This document shows positions 1 to 8,631 of a stretch of 64,000 bases of DNA, in pieces (position 1 is the stretch's first letter; every line of letters begins with the position of its first letter). A program made the translations under genes and the position numbers. This stretch comes from an uncultured Nitrospirales bacterium (GTDB taxonomy: Bacteria; Hydrogenedentota; Hydrogenedentia; Hydrogenedentales; GCA-2746185), in NCBI GenBank assembly GCA_964620045.1, contig CAZUJL010000001.1:522592-586591 (forward strand). Reading direction: 5' to 3'. The notes beneath the pieces were generated by a model, which saw only the letters and a list, made by a program, of their open reading frames with translations, ran no database searches and was not told the origin of the DNA.

Positions 1-180
1 GCCGATGAAGTCGATCCGTCCATCTCGAAGTATTAACACGCGCGTGCGCGCGAACGAGCGGGTCTCGCCCGCGCAACGCATGCTGTCTGTTCGCGGCCCC
101 CGCACTGCGCGGGGGTCTTGCTCTATGGCGCCGGGCGTTTTCGGCGCACACAGGCCGTAACTGGAGAGGACTGGCTGACC

Positions 181-2127
181 ATGTCAGCGGGTGGCACATC
201 GCCGGCGGCGCCGGCACCGGGTGGGGGCGGTCGCACGCTCGGCCCGATCTCCGATCTCGAGCGGCACCTGCCTGCCGAGTGGTGGCGGACGCTGTTCAAC
301 GCCGTGTACCTGAAGACCGACGGCGATGTGGTGGAGAACCAACAAAACACGATTCAAGACGTGAGCCGTCTGCTCGAACTCACGGGTCTCTCCCCCAATG
401 CAGAAATTGTGGACCTGTGCTGCGGCCAAGGCCGCCACACGATTGAACTCGGCCGCCGTGGTTTCGCCAAGGTCACCGGCATCGATCGTTCGCGCTACCT
501 CGTGCGCCTTGCGCGGCGGCGTGGGCAAAAACTCGGCCTGCCGGTGAATTTCCGCGAAGGCGACGCGCGCAAGTTCCGGTACGCGCAAGCGTCCGCCGAT
601 TGCGTGACGCTGTTCGGGAATTCCTTTGGCTATTTCGAGCGCACGGAAGACGACGTGGCCGTGCTGGGTGCCGTAAAGCGCATCCTCAAGCCGAAGGGCG
701 TGTTGCTGCTGGATCTGGTCGACGGCGAATGGATGCGCAAGAACTACGAGCCGCGCACCTGGGAGTGGATCGACCAGAACCATTTCGTATGCCGCGAACG
801 CGCCATCGCGTCCGACGGGCACCGCCTGATCTCGCGCGAAGTGGTGACGCATGCGGAAAAAGGCGTCATCGCGGACCAGTTCTACGCCGAGCGCCTCTAC
901 ACCTACGAAGAAATCCGCGCGCTGCTGACGCGCATGGGCTTCACCGACATCCGCCGCGAAAAAGCGCCGAGTTCGCTGTCTGATCGCAATCAGGACCTCG
1001 GCATGATGGCGAACCGCATGTTCATCCTGTGCAAGGCGCCCGCCGCGCCGGCGACGAACGTGCGCCGCGGGCCGTATTTCCCGAAGGTGACCGTGATCTT
1101 CGGCGATCCCGGCCTGCCGGACATGGTGAAGCGGAACGGGCAGTTCAACGAAGAAGACTTCGACACGATCAACCGCCTGCAAAACGCGCTGGGCGAGCTG
1201 ACGGAGTACAGCTTTAGCTACTACAACGACCACGCGGGGCTGATCGATTTTCTGCGCAAGGAACGCCCGCAGTTCGTGCTGAACTTGTGCGACGAGGGCT
1301 ACCAGAACGACGCGTTCAAGGAATTGCATGTGCCGGCGCTCTTCGAGATGTTCGACATCCCTTATTCCGGCGCCGCGCCGGCGTGCCTCGGCCTGTGCTA
1401 CAACAAGTCCTACGTGCGCTCGATCGCGGAGCCGCTGGACATCCCCGTGCCACTGGAAACCTTCCACGGTTCGGACGATCAGGCCGCGACGCTGCCGTCG
1501 ATCTTCCCCGTGCTGCTGAAACCGAACGTCGGCGATTCGAGCCTGGGCATCACGAAGGATTCCGTCGTGAGCAATCAGCAGGAGTTCATGGCGTATTGGG
1601 AGCACTTGCGCGAGACGTTCCCCAACCGCGATATCCTCGTGCAGGAATTCCTCACGGGCCAGGAGTACACCGTCGGCATCATCGGCAACCCCGGCATGCA
1701 GATGACGGTGCTGCCGGTGCTCGAAGTGGATTACTCCGGACTGGATCAGGATCTGCCGCAGATCCTCGGTTATGAATCGAAATGGGAGCCGGATTCGCCG
1801 TACTGGTCCAAGATCAAATACCACCAGGCGAACCTACCGGAGCAGAAGCGCCGCACGCTGGTCGATCGCGCGCAGTTGCTGTTTGAACGGCTCGACTGCC
1901 GCGACTACGCGCGCTTCGATTTCCGCGCGGACGCGAACGGCGAGATAAAATTGTTGGAAGCAAACCCGAACCCCGGTTGGTGCTGGGACGGGAAGATGAA
2001 CATCATGGCGGGCTACGCGGGACTTACGTATACCGACATGATGCGGCTGATTCTGGAAGCGGCGCAGGCGCGGTATTCGCTTGCGTCCGCGGCGGCGCAG
2101 ACCGCACGGGCAGCCATCGCGAGTTAA
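181..2127 (+). CDS. Fusion protein: N-terminal SAM-dependent methyltransferase domain + C-terminal D-Ala-D-Ala-ligase-like ATP-grasp domain
   Basis: ORF 118..2127; start trimmed in-frame to ATG at 181, which has a GGAGAGGA RBS about 13 nt upstream. The N-terminal half has a class-I methyltransferase motif I (VDLCCGQGRHTIELGRRGF). The C-terminal half looks like a Ddl-type ATP-grasp (LLKPNVGDSSLGI..., EFLTGQEYTVGIIGN). Confidence 0.6.
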   Translation: MSAGGTSPAAPAPGGGGRTLGPISDLERHLPAEWWRTLFNAVYLKTDGDVVENQQNTIQDVSRLLELTGLSPNAEIVDLCCGQGRHTIELGRRGFAKVTGIDRSRYLVRLARRRGQKLGLPVNFREGDARKFRYAQASADCVTLFGNSFGYFERTEDDVAVLGAVKRILKPKGVLLLDLVDGEWMRKNYEPRTWEWIDQNHFVCRERAIASDGHRLISREVVTHAEKGVIADQFYAERLYTYEEIRALLTRMGFTDIRREKAPSSLSDRNQDLGMMANRMFILCKAPAAPATNVRRGPYFPKVTVIFGDPGLPDMVKRNGQFNEEDFDTINRLQNALGELTEYSFSYYNDHAGLIDFLRKERPQFVLNLCDEGYQNDAFKELHVPALFEMFDIPYSGAAPACLGLCYNKSYVRSIAEPLDIPVPLETFHGSDDQAATLPSIFPVLLKPNVGDSSLGITKDSVVSNQQEFMAYWEHLRETFPNRDILVQEFLTGQEYTVGIIGNPGMQMTVLPVLEVDYSGLDQDLPQILGYESKWEPDSPYWSKIKYHQANLPEQKRRTLVDRAQLLFERLDCRDYARFDFRADANGEIKLLEANPNPGWCWDGKMNIMAGYAGLTYTDMMRLILEAAQARYSLASAAAQTARAAIAS

Positions 2128-2183
2128 GGGAGGGTCGCGCGCCTGCGCGACCGCAGTAGCAAGTAGAACGAAAGGTGAGATTA

Positions 2184-4442
2184 ATGACGACGACGTGGAA
2201 AGAAAAACTGGCTTCGAAGATGGAACCCGATCTCGCGCGCGAGATCGAGATTTTCGAGGCGCAGATGGAGCTGCGCAAGCGCGGCGAACTCGACGAGAAG
2301 ATTTTCGCCGAGCAGCGCCTGCGCCGCGGGGCCTATGGCCAGCGGTATGACAACGGCCAGCGGCACGACGGCGTGCAGCAGCAGACGATCAATTTCGGCC
2401 GCGAGTTGACGAAGGGGCCCGAGACCTTCTTCGACGCGCCGGGCATGATGCGCATCAAGATCCCCTTCGGCGGACTCACGGTCGAGCAGCTCGAAGTGAT
2501 GGCCGATATCGCCGAGGAGTACTCGGTGAATAACCTGCACGTGACCACACGGCAGGACATCCAGATGCACTACATCCACATCGAATCGACGCCGGACTTC
2601 ATGCGCCGGCTCGCGGCCGTGGGCATCACCACGCGCGAAGCGTGCGGCAACTCCGTGCGCAACGTGACCGCGTGCCCCTATGCCGGCGTGTGCACGGACG
2701 AGACCTTCGACGTGACGCCGTACGCCAAGGCGCTGATGAAGTTCCTGCTGGGCCACCCGGACACGATGGACTTCGGCCGCAAGTTTAAGCCGGCATTCTC
2801 GGGCTGCGCGCACCATGCCTGCGGCCTCGTGAACATGCACGACTTCGGCGCGGTCGCCAAGGTGAAGGAAATCGACGGGAAGGACGTGCGCGGATTTAGC
2901 GTATACGTCGGCGGCGGCCTCGGCGCCGTGCCGCACGACGCGAAGCTCTTTGATGAGTTCATTCCCGAATACGAACTGCTGCCGACGGTGCAGGCCGTCG
3001 CCCGCGTGTTCGCGCGGCTCGGCGAAAAGAAAAACCGCGCGCGGGCGCGCATCAAGTTCGTGGTCGCGAAACTCGGCATCGAGAAATTCCGCGAGGAAGT
3101 GCTCAAGGAAAAGGCCACGATGCCCTTCGACCCGCGCTGGAAGGGTCTGATCGATCAGCACCGCGACGGCCTGCAGGACCAGCCGCTGCACCCCGGCAAG
3201 GCACTAAACGGCGCGCTGCCGCCGGATGGCTTCTCCGTGTGGCGCGCGACGAATGTATATAAACAGCGCCAGCCGGGTTATGTGGCGGCCGTGATCACGC
3301 TGCCACTCGGCGACTTCTCGTCGTGGCAGGCGCGCAAGCTGGCGGACATCGCGCGCAAGCATTGCGGCGACACCATCCGGGCGACCGTGGACCAGAACCT
3401 GCTCTTCCGTTTCATTCCGGAAGCGAACATCATTGAGTTCTACAAGGACCTCGCGGCCATCGGCCTAAACCAGCCGGGCGCGAAGACGATTGTGGACGTG
3501 ACGGCGTGCCCCGGCACGGACTCGTGCAAGCTGGGCATTTCGTCGAGCCGCGGACTCGCGGCGGAACTGCGCAAGCGGCTGATGCAGAAGAACGCGATGC
3601 TGGACGAGGCGATCGGCAAGCTGCACATCAAGATCAGCGGCTGCTTCAACTCCTGCGGCCAACACCACATCTCCGACATCGGCTTCTACGGCGTGGCCCG
3701 CAGCATCGAGGGGCACTCGGTCCCCCACTTCCAGGTAATCCTCGGCGGGCAGTGGACCGAGAACGCGAAGTCCTACGGCCTCGCGGTCGCGGCGATTCCG
3801 TCGAAGAACATCCCCGATGTGGTCGATCGCGTCACTGCGCGTTACGCGAAAGAGCGCACGCAGGGCGAATCGTTCCAGGCGTACATCAAGCGGCTTGGCA
3901 AGCGTGAGTTGAAGGAAATGTTCGACGACCTCAGCGAAGTGCCGTCGCACGACGTGAACCCCGACATCTATCAGGATTGGGGCGACACGCGCGAGTACAC
4001 GAACGGCGACCGCGGCAAGGGCGAGTGCGCGGGCGAAGTCGTGAGCCTCGTGGACTTCAACCTGGCCGAGTCCGAGCGCGAAGCGTTTGAAGCCTCCGTG
4101 CTGCTCGAGGAAGGCAAATATCCGCAGGCGGACGCGATGGCCTATCAGGCGATGCTGTCGGCCGCGCGCGCGCTGGTGAAGACGCAGTGGCTCGACGTGC
4201 CGGCGGACCCGGACACGGTCGTGAAGGAATTCAGCAAACGCTTCGTGGACACCAAACTGTTCTCGTCGCACCTCGCGGCGGTGAAGTTCCACGAGTACCT
4301 GTTCGTGCGGCACGAGCGCGGCGCGAACGGCGTGAACCAGGAAACCGCGCGGCAGCTCGTCGAAGAATCGCAGCTCTTCATCGAAGCGGCCTTCGATTGC
4401 CAGATGCGCATGCAGAAAACCATCAGCGGAATTAAGGTTTAA
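2184..4442 (+). CDS. Ferredoxin-dependent sulfite/nitrite reductase hemoprotein (siroheme, 4Fe-4S)
   Basis: ORF 2175..4442; ATG at 2184 is preceded by AAAGGTGAG. It has two nitrite/sulfite-reductase ferredoxin-like halves and the Cys clusters that ligate the siroheme-[4Fe-4S] centre (CGNSVRNVTACP; TACPGTDSCKLG ... CFNSCGQHH). Confidence 0.8.
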   Translation: MTTTWKEKLASKMEPDLAREIEIFEAQMELRKRGELDEKIFAEQRLRRGAYGQRYDNGQRHDGVQQQTINFGRELTKGPETFFDAPGMMRIKIPFGGLTVEQLEVMADIAEEYSVNNLHVTTRQDIQMHYIHIESTPDFMRRLAAVGITTREACGNSVRNVTACPYAGVCTDETFDVTPYAKALMKFLLGHPDTMDFGRKFKPAFSGCAHHACGLVNMHDFGAVAKVKEIDGKDVRGFSVYVGGGLGAVPHDAKLFDEFIPEYELLPTVQAVARVFARLGEKKNRARARIKFVVAKLGIEKFREEVLKEKATMPFDPRWKGLIDQHRDGLQDQPLHPGKALNGALPPDGFSVWRATNVYKQRQPGYVAAVITLPLGDFSSWQARKLADIARKHCGDTIRATVDQNLLFRFIPEANIIEFYKDLAAIGLNQPGAKTIVDVTACPGTDSCKLGISSSRGLAAELRKRLMQKNAMLDEAIGKLHIKISGCFNSCGQHHISDIGFYGVARSIEGHSVPHFQVILGGQWTENAKSYGLAVAAIPSKNIPDVVDRVTARYAKERTQGESFQAYIKRLGKRELKEMFDDLSEVPSHDVNPDIYQDWGDTREYTNGDRGKGECAGEVVSLVDFNLAESEREAFEASVLLEEGKYPQADAMAYQAMLSAARALVKTQWLDVPADPDTVVKEFSKRFVDTKLFSSHLAAVKFHEYLFVRHERGANGVNQETARQLVEESQLFIEAAFDCQMRMQKTISGIKV

Positions 4443-4444
4443 TC

Positions 4445-5014
4445 ATGAACGACTTGAAACAATTCGACATTCGGATCACTTCGAAGACCTGGCAAGGCGT
4501 GGACACCGAGGCCTTCATGGGCGTGCTGCAGCGCTGGATTCAGCAGCGTGCAATTCCCGGCGTGCTCATCGACGTCGCGGACTACGGCCACATCCACCAC
4601 GGCCACGGCACGATTTTGGTCGGCCACGAGTACAACTTCAGCGTGGATTACGCGGACGGTACGCTGTCCGTGCTGGTGCGCACGAAACGTCCGGCCGAAG
4701 CGACACTCGCGGCGCGGATTGAAAACGCGCTGCGCCTGGCGCTGAAGGGGTGTCGCTTGCTCGAACAGGAACCGGAGTTCTCGGGCAAACTGACCTTCGA
4801 TCCGTCGACGTTTACCTTCGTGGCGAACGACCGCCTGCTCGCGCCGAACACCGACGCGACCTACGCCGCATTGAAGCCGGCCATCGAAGCGGCGGCCAAG
4901 GCCGTGCTGGGCGGAGGCTCGGTTGAGCTTGTGAAAAACGACCCCCGGGAGCGGATGACAGCCCGCGTTACGGCCGGAAAACCGGTGGCGCTGGCGGTCC
5001 TGGTCGGGGTGTAA
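4445..5014 (+). CDS. Hypothetical protein (189 aa), His-rich motif, coupled to the sulfite reductase
   Basis: ATG at 4445, 2 nt after the sir stop (TAATCATG). Contains HIHHGHGTILVGHEY, which could be a metal-binding site. I recognise no family. Confidence 0.5.
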   Translation: MNDLKQFDIRITSKTWQGVDTEAFMGVLQRWIQQRAIPGVLIDVADYGHIHHGHGTILVGHEYNFSVDYADGTLSVLVRTKRPAEATLAARIENALRLALKGCRLLEQEPEFSGKLTFDPSTFTFVANDRLLAPNTDATYAALKPAIEAAAKAVLGGGSVELVKNDPRERMTARVTAGKPVALAVLVGV

Positions 5015-5095
5015 ACGCCGGGCGGAAAGCTATTGCACCGCCCGGTGCGCATGTGTTACCTTGTATACGCACGTACATTTGAAGCCTCGCAAGTT

Positions 5096-5222
5096 GCTTA
5101 TCAAGAGCGGTGGAGGGACTGGCCCTGTGAAACCGCGGCAACCACGGCTTTTTCTTCGGAAAAAGACGAAGGTGCTAACTCCGACCCACCCCGTATACGC
5201 GGGGGTGCGGGAGAGATAAGTG
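5096..5222 (+). promoter_or_regulatory. SAM-I (S-box) riboswitch
   Basis: The sequence matches the S-box consensus. P1 is gCTTATCAAGAG ... AGATAAGt. The core reads GGTGGAGGGACTGGCCCtgtGAAaCCgcGGCAACC ... GGTGCTAAcTCC. There is an extended P4 insertion. Confidence 0.8.
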
Positions 5223-5250
5223 GCAGACCGCTGATACGTATAGCGTTGTT

Positions 5251-5290
5251 CGCCTCGCATCCCTCCCTGGGTTGCGAGGCGTTTTTGTTT
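5251..5290 (+). terminator. Rho-independent terminator, the expression platform of the SAM riboswitch
   Basis: Hairpin cgcctcgca-tccctccctgggt-tgcgaggcg followed by tttttgtttt, 37 nt upstream of the next start codon. Confidence 0.7.
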
Positions 5291-5326
5291 TAGCCCCCAA
5301 CGGGGCGTTGGAAAGGCTGCAACGCA

Positions 5327-6628
5327 ATGGCGGCAGGCAAGCGGTATTTCACTGCACTGAAGGGTCGCGAGAGCGGCAAAGAATACTCGCCGGACGAAGT
5401 GCGGTACGTGTGCGAATTCGACTTCGGCCCGCTGGAAGTCAAATACGACTACGAAGCGATTGCGCGCGATCTGACCAAGGACGTCATCCAGTCCCGCCGC
5501 CCGAGCATGTGGCGTTACAAAGAATTACTACCGATCGAAGGCGAGCCGACCGTGGGCGCGCAGGCGGGCTTCACGCCGCTCGTAAAAGCGGACCGTCTCG
5601 CGAAGCGTCTCGGCGTGACCGGCGAGCTGTACGTGAAGAATGACAGCGTGTGTTACCCGACGCTCTCGTTCAAAGACCGCGTGGTCAGCGTCGCGCTCTC
5701 GCGCTCGAAAGAATTTGGATATAAGACCGTGGCCTGCGCGAGCACGGGCAACCTGGCCAACTCCGTCGCGGCGAATGCGGCGGCCGCCGGCCTCGAATGC
5801 TTCGTGTTCATCCCGCACGACCTCGAACCGGGCAAGGTGCTGGGTTCGCAGGTGTTCGGCGCGAACGTGATTCGCATCGACGGGCCTTACGACAAAGTGA
5901 ACCGCCTGTGCAGCGAAGTGGCGGACAAATACAAGTGGGCGTTTGCGAATGTGAACATGCGCCCGTACTACGCCGAAGGCAGCAAGACGATGGGCTTCGA
6001 GATCGCCGAGCAGCTTGGCTGGCGCCTGCCGGATCAGGTGGTCGTGCCGATGGCGAGCGGCTCGCTCATGTGCAAAATCGAAAAGGCCTTCAACGAGTTC
6101 AAGAAACTGAAGTTCGTCGAAGACCATCACGTGAAAATTTACGGCGGCCAGGCGGAAGGCTGTTCGCCGATTACCGAGGCCGTGAAGAAGGGCATCGACC
6201 TGATTAAGCCGGTGGAGAAGCCGGACACGATCGTGAAGTCGCTGGCGATCGGCAACCCGGCGGACGGCTTCTACGCCGCGCGCTGCATTCAAGATTCCGG
6301 CGGCTACAGCGAGAACCCGACGGACGCGGAAACGGTCGAGGGCATCCGCCTGTTGGCCGAGTGCGAAGGCATCTTCGCGGAGACGGCGGGCGGCGTGACC
6401 GTGGCCGCGGCGAAGCGCTTGTTCGAATCGGGCAAGCTCGATCGCAAGGGCTGTACGGTCATCTGCGTGACGGGCAATGGCCTGAAGACGAAAGAGTGCC
6501 TGGACGGGCAGTTCAAGACGCTCGACGCGATCGCGCCGAACCTCGGCGCGTTTGATACGCTGTACGACTCGTTGGGTTCGACCGGTCCCGCGGCGCGCGC
6601 GCCGAAGGCCGTGGCGGCGTTGGCTTAA
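5327..6628 (+). CDS. Threonine-synthase-like PLP-dependent enzyme (fold type II); candidate homocysteine-forming MetM-type enzyme
   Basis: PLP lysine motif SFKDRVVSVALSRSKEFGYKTVACASTGNLANSVAANAA. GAAAGG RBS. Sits downstream of the SAM-I riboswitch and upstream of the sulfur-carrier gene. Confidence 0.75.
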   Translation: MAAGKRYFTALKGRESGKEYSPDEVRYVCEFDFGPLEVKYDYEAIARDLTKDVIQSRRPSMWRYKELLPIEGEPTVGAQAGFTPLVKADRLAKRLGVTGELYVKNDSVCYPTLSFKDRVVSVALSRSKEFGYKTVACASTGNLANSVAANAAAAGLECFVFIPHDLEPGKVLGSQVFGANVIRIDGPYDKVNRLCSEVADKYKWAFANVNMRPYYAEGSKTMGFEIAEQLGWRLPDQVVVPMASGSLMCKIEKAFNEFKKLKFVEDHHVKIYGGQAEGCSPITEAVKKGIDLIKPVEKPDTIVKSLAIGNPADGFYAARCIQDSGGYSENPTDAETVEGIRLLAECEGIFAETAGGVTVAAAKRLFESGKLDRKGCTVICVTGNGLKTKECLDGQFKTLDAIAPNLGAFDTLYDSLGSTGPAARAPKAVAALA

Positions 6629-6678
6629 TTTTGTTGGGTGACACCGCCGGGAGGGCGGTGACGAAAGGATGCAAAAAC

Positions 6679-6957
6679 ATGGCTGTGAAGGTCCTGATTC
6701 CGACGCCGTTGCGCAACCTGACCGGCGGCAATGAGACGGTCGAAGCGAATGGCAAAACCATCGCGGAGATTTTTGTCGACCTCGAGCGCCGGCACCCCGG
6801 CATCCGCGAGCGCCTGTGCGACGACAAGGGCGAAATCCGCCGCTTCGTGAACGTCTATCACAATCAGGAAGACATCCGCTTCAAGGACGGCAAGCAAACG
6901 GCCGTGGCGGATGGCGACGACGTATCGATTGTGCCCGCAATTGCGGGTGGCTGCTGA
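6679..6957 (+). CDS. MoaD/ThiS/CysO-family sulfur-carrier protein (beta-grasp), C-terminus ...AGG-C
   Basis: ORF 6631..6957 trimmed to MAVKVLIP, which has AAAGGAT upstream. About 92 aa. Ends AIAGGC*, i.e. Gly-Gly plus one removable residue, like CysO/HcyS-type carriers. Confidence 0.6.
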   Translation: MAVKVLIPTPLRNLTGGNETVEANGKTIAEIFVDLERRHPGIRERLCDDKGEIRRFVNVYHNQEDIRFKDGKQTAVADGDDVSIVPAIAGGC

Positions 6958-6972
6958 GCGCGACCCATCCGC

Positions 6973-8631
6973 GTGATGCGCGCCGGAATGGATAGCCTCC
7001 GGCGCGCGGTCCGGCCGCTGGCGTGGGTGCTGGTGCCCGGAATTTTCTGGGTCATCTCGTGGAGCGAGTACCGCCTCCCCACGCTGCTCTTCCTTCCAGT
7101 TTTTCTCTTCTTCTCGGCGCCAATGCTCGCGGCGCTTCTTGCGCTGCACGTGGCGATGTTCGTGTTGGTCGCGTTTGCGCCTATACCGCGGCCGCCGGAT
7201 CTTTTGCTCGCGGTCAGCGCGATCCTGGGCCTGTGGTTTGGCCTGCGCGGCCAGCTTTTCACGGCGGGCCGGTTCGTCGCGCGCAGGGCCGGCTCCATAC
7301 GCGTCTTCGCGCTTTGCGCAGCGATAGTGTTGCCGCTCGTCGCACTCTTCCGAGGATTCCCGTGGTTCGCGTATCTGCTGCTCGGCGTGGGTTATTTCGC
7401 GCTGTATCGATTCCTGAAACCCTATGCGCCTGCTGCCGCGAAATCGCGTCGCGCGTTGGTCGTCAACATAACTTTGGCCGTTGTCGCCACTGCGTTCAGT
7501 CTCGGCGTGCTCGAACTCGGCGCGCGTTACCTCATTAAACTGCCGCCACCCAAACCGAATCTGGAAAACATGATGGTGGCGGACCCGAAGGCGCTGTGGG
7601 CGCCGCGTCCGAATTTCGAAATGGAAATGTCGTACCCCACGCCGACCGGCGAGCGCGTTCCGTTTAGGCTGCACCACTCGTCGCAAGGCCTGCGCGGCGA
7701 CGAAGTGCCGCCCAAGCAGCCGGGTGAATTTCGCGTGCTGATGCTGGGCGATTCGTTCACCTACGGCTGGAACGTGAGCCAGGGCGAGGATGTGCCGTCG
7801 CAATTGCAGGCGACCCTGCGTGCGGCGCACCCCGATCGCACAATCACGGTGATCAACCTCGGCGTACCGGCGTACGCGCCGTGGCAGGAACTCGAACTGC
7901 TCAAGGAACGCGGGCTCGCGTTCGCTCCGGATATAGTGATCCTGCAGCTTTTTCCGGCGAACGACATCACGGAGAGCCTGACGAAGTTTGGTCGCACATT
8001 GCCCACCTTTGGCCAGTGGGAAACGCACAAGATGTATCGGTGGAGGCAACAGCAGGATCGCGCGTATCGGCTGGAACGATGGCTACGCGCGCACAGCGCG
8101 GCGTACAACGTGTTTCGCGAATCAAACCACGGTGGACGCGGAATACCGGGCATGGTGTACCGCTTCCGCTTCACGCGCGGCACGGGCGCGATCAATGTCG
8201 ACACGGGCGCGGCGCGGACCTATTGGCTGGAAGCGCTGCGCACGGAGTGGTACCCCGAACTCACGGAATCGTGGACGGAATGCCAGAAGGATGTCGTCGC
8301 GATCGCCGATACCTGTAAGGCGAGCAACATAAAATTTCTCGCGTATGCGATCCCGCTCAATATCTTTTCCGATGCGGTGTGGCAATCCGCTTTTGATGAG
8401 TCGTCGCGCAAGGCCGGCGAATCGATCCCGTATGAGGCCTACAAGGACACGCGGCTCGCGCAAGAATTCCTGGAGGCGAACCAGTTGCCGTGGATGCCCT
8501 TGCTGGAACCGCTACAAGCCACCGGAAAACCCGACGCGTACTTCATCGCCGGGGACGGTCACCTCAATGCTGAGGGGTGCCGGTTGGTGGCGCGGTTGCT
8601 GGCGGAGCAGCTGGAATCGCAGGAGCTGTAG
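6973..8631 (+). CDS. Membrane-anchored SGNH/GDSL hydrolase (N-terminal ~6 TM helices + periplasmic SGNH domain)
   Basis: Hydrophobic N-terminal 190 aa. SGNH block I FRVLMLGDSFTYGW. Block V AGDGHLNAEG (D-x-x-H). Paralogous to 10604..11983. Confidence 0.7.
   Translation: MMRAGMDSLRRAVRPLAWVLVPGIFWVISWSEYRLPTLLFLPVFLFFSAPMLAALLALHVAMFVLVAFAPIPRPPDLLLAVSAILGLWFGLRGQLFTAGRFVARRAGSIRVFALCAAIVLPLVALFRGFPWFAYLLLGVGYFALYRFLKPYAPAAAKSRRALVVNITLAVVATAFSLGVLELGARYLIKLPPPKPNLENMMVADPKALWAPRPNFEMEMSYPTPTGERVPFRLHHSSQGLRGDEVPPKQPGEFRVLMLGDSFTYGWNVSQGEDVPSQLQATLRAAHPDRTITVINLGVPAYAPWQELELLKERGLAFAPDIVILQLFPANDITESLTKFGRTLPTFGQWETHKMYRWRQQQDRAYRLERWLRAHSAAYNVFRESNHGGRGIPGMVYRFRFTRGTGAINVDTGAARTYWLEALRTEWYPELTESWTECQKDVVAIADTCKASNIKFLAYAIPLNIFSDAVWQSAFDESSRKAGESIPYEAYKDTRLAQEFLEANQLPWMPLLEPLQATGKPDAYFIAGDGHLNAEGCRLVARLLAEQLESQEL

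Noticed and set aside
184-1824. Long antisense ORFs throughout the window, e.g. 184..1824(-), 2181..3191(-), 3465..4313(-), 9227..10549(+), 13946..15700(-), 36445..37437(+), 50421..52244(+), 52988..54580(+), 55044..56471(+), 60435..61802(-)
   Set aside because: Each lies opposite a gene with clear family signatures. Their translations are Arg/Ala/Gly-rich low-complexity strings, as expected from stop-codon-poor antisense frames in ~65%-GC DNA.
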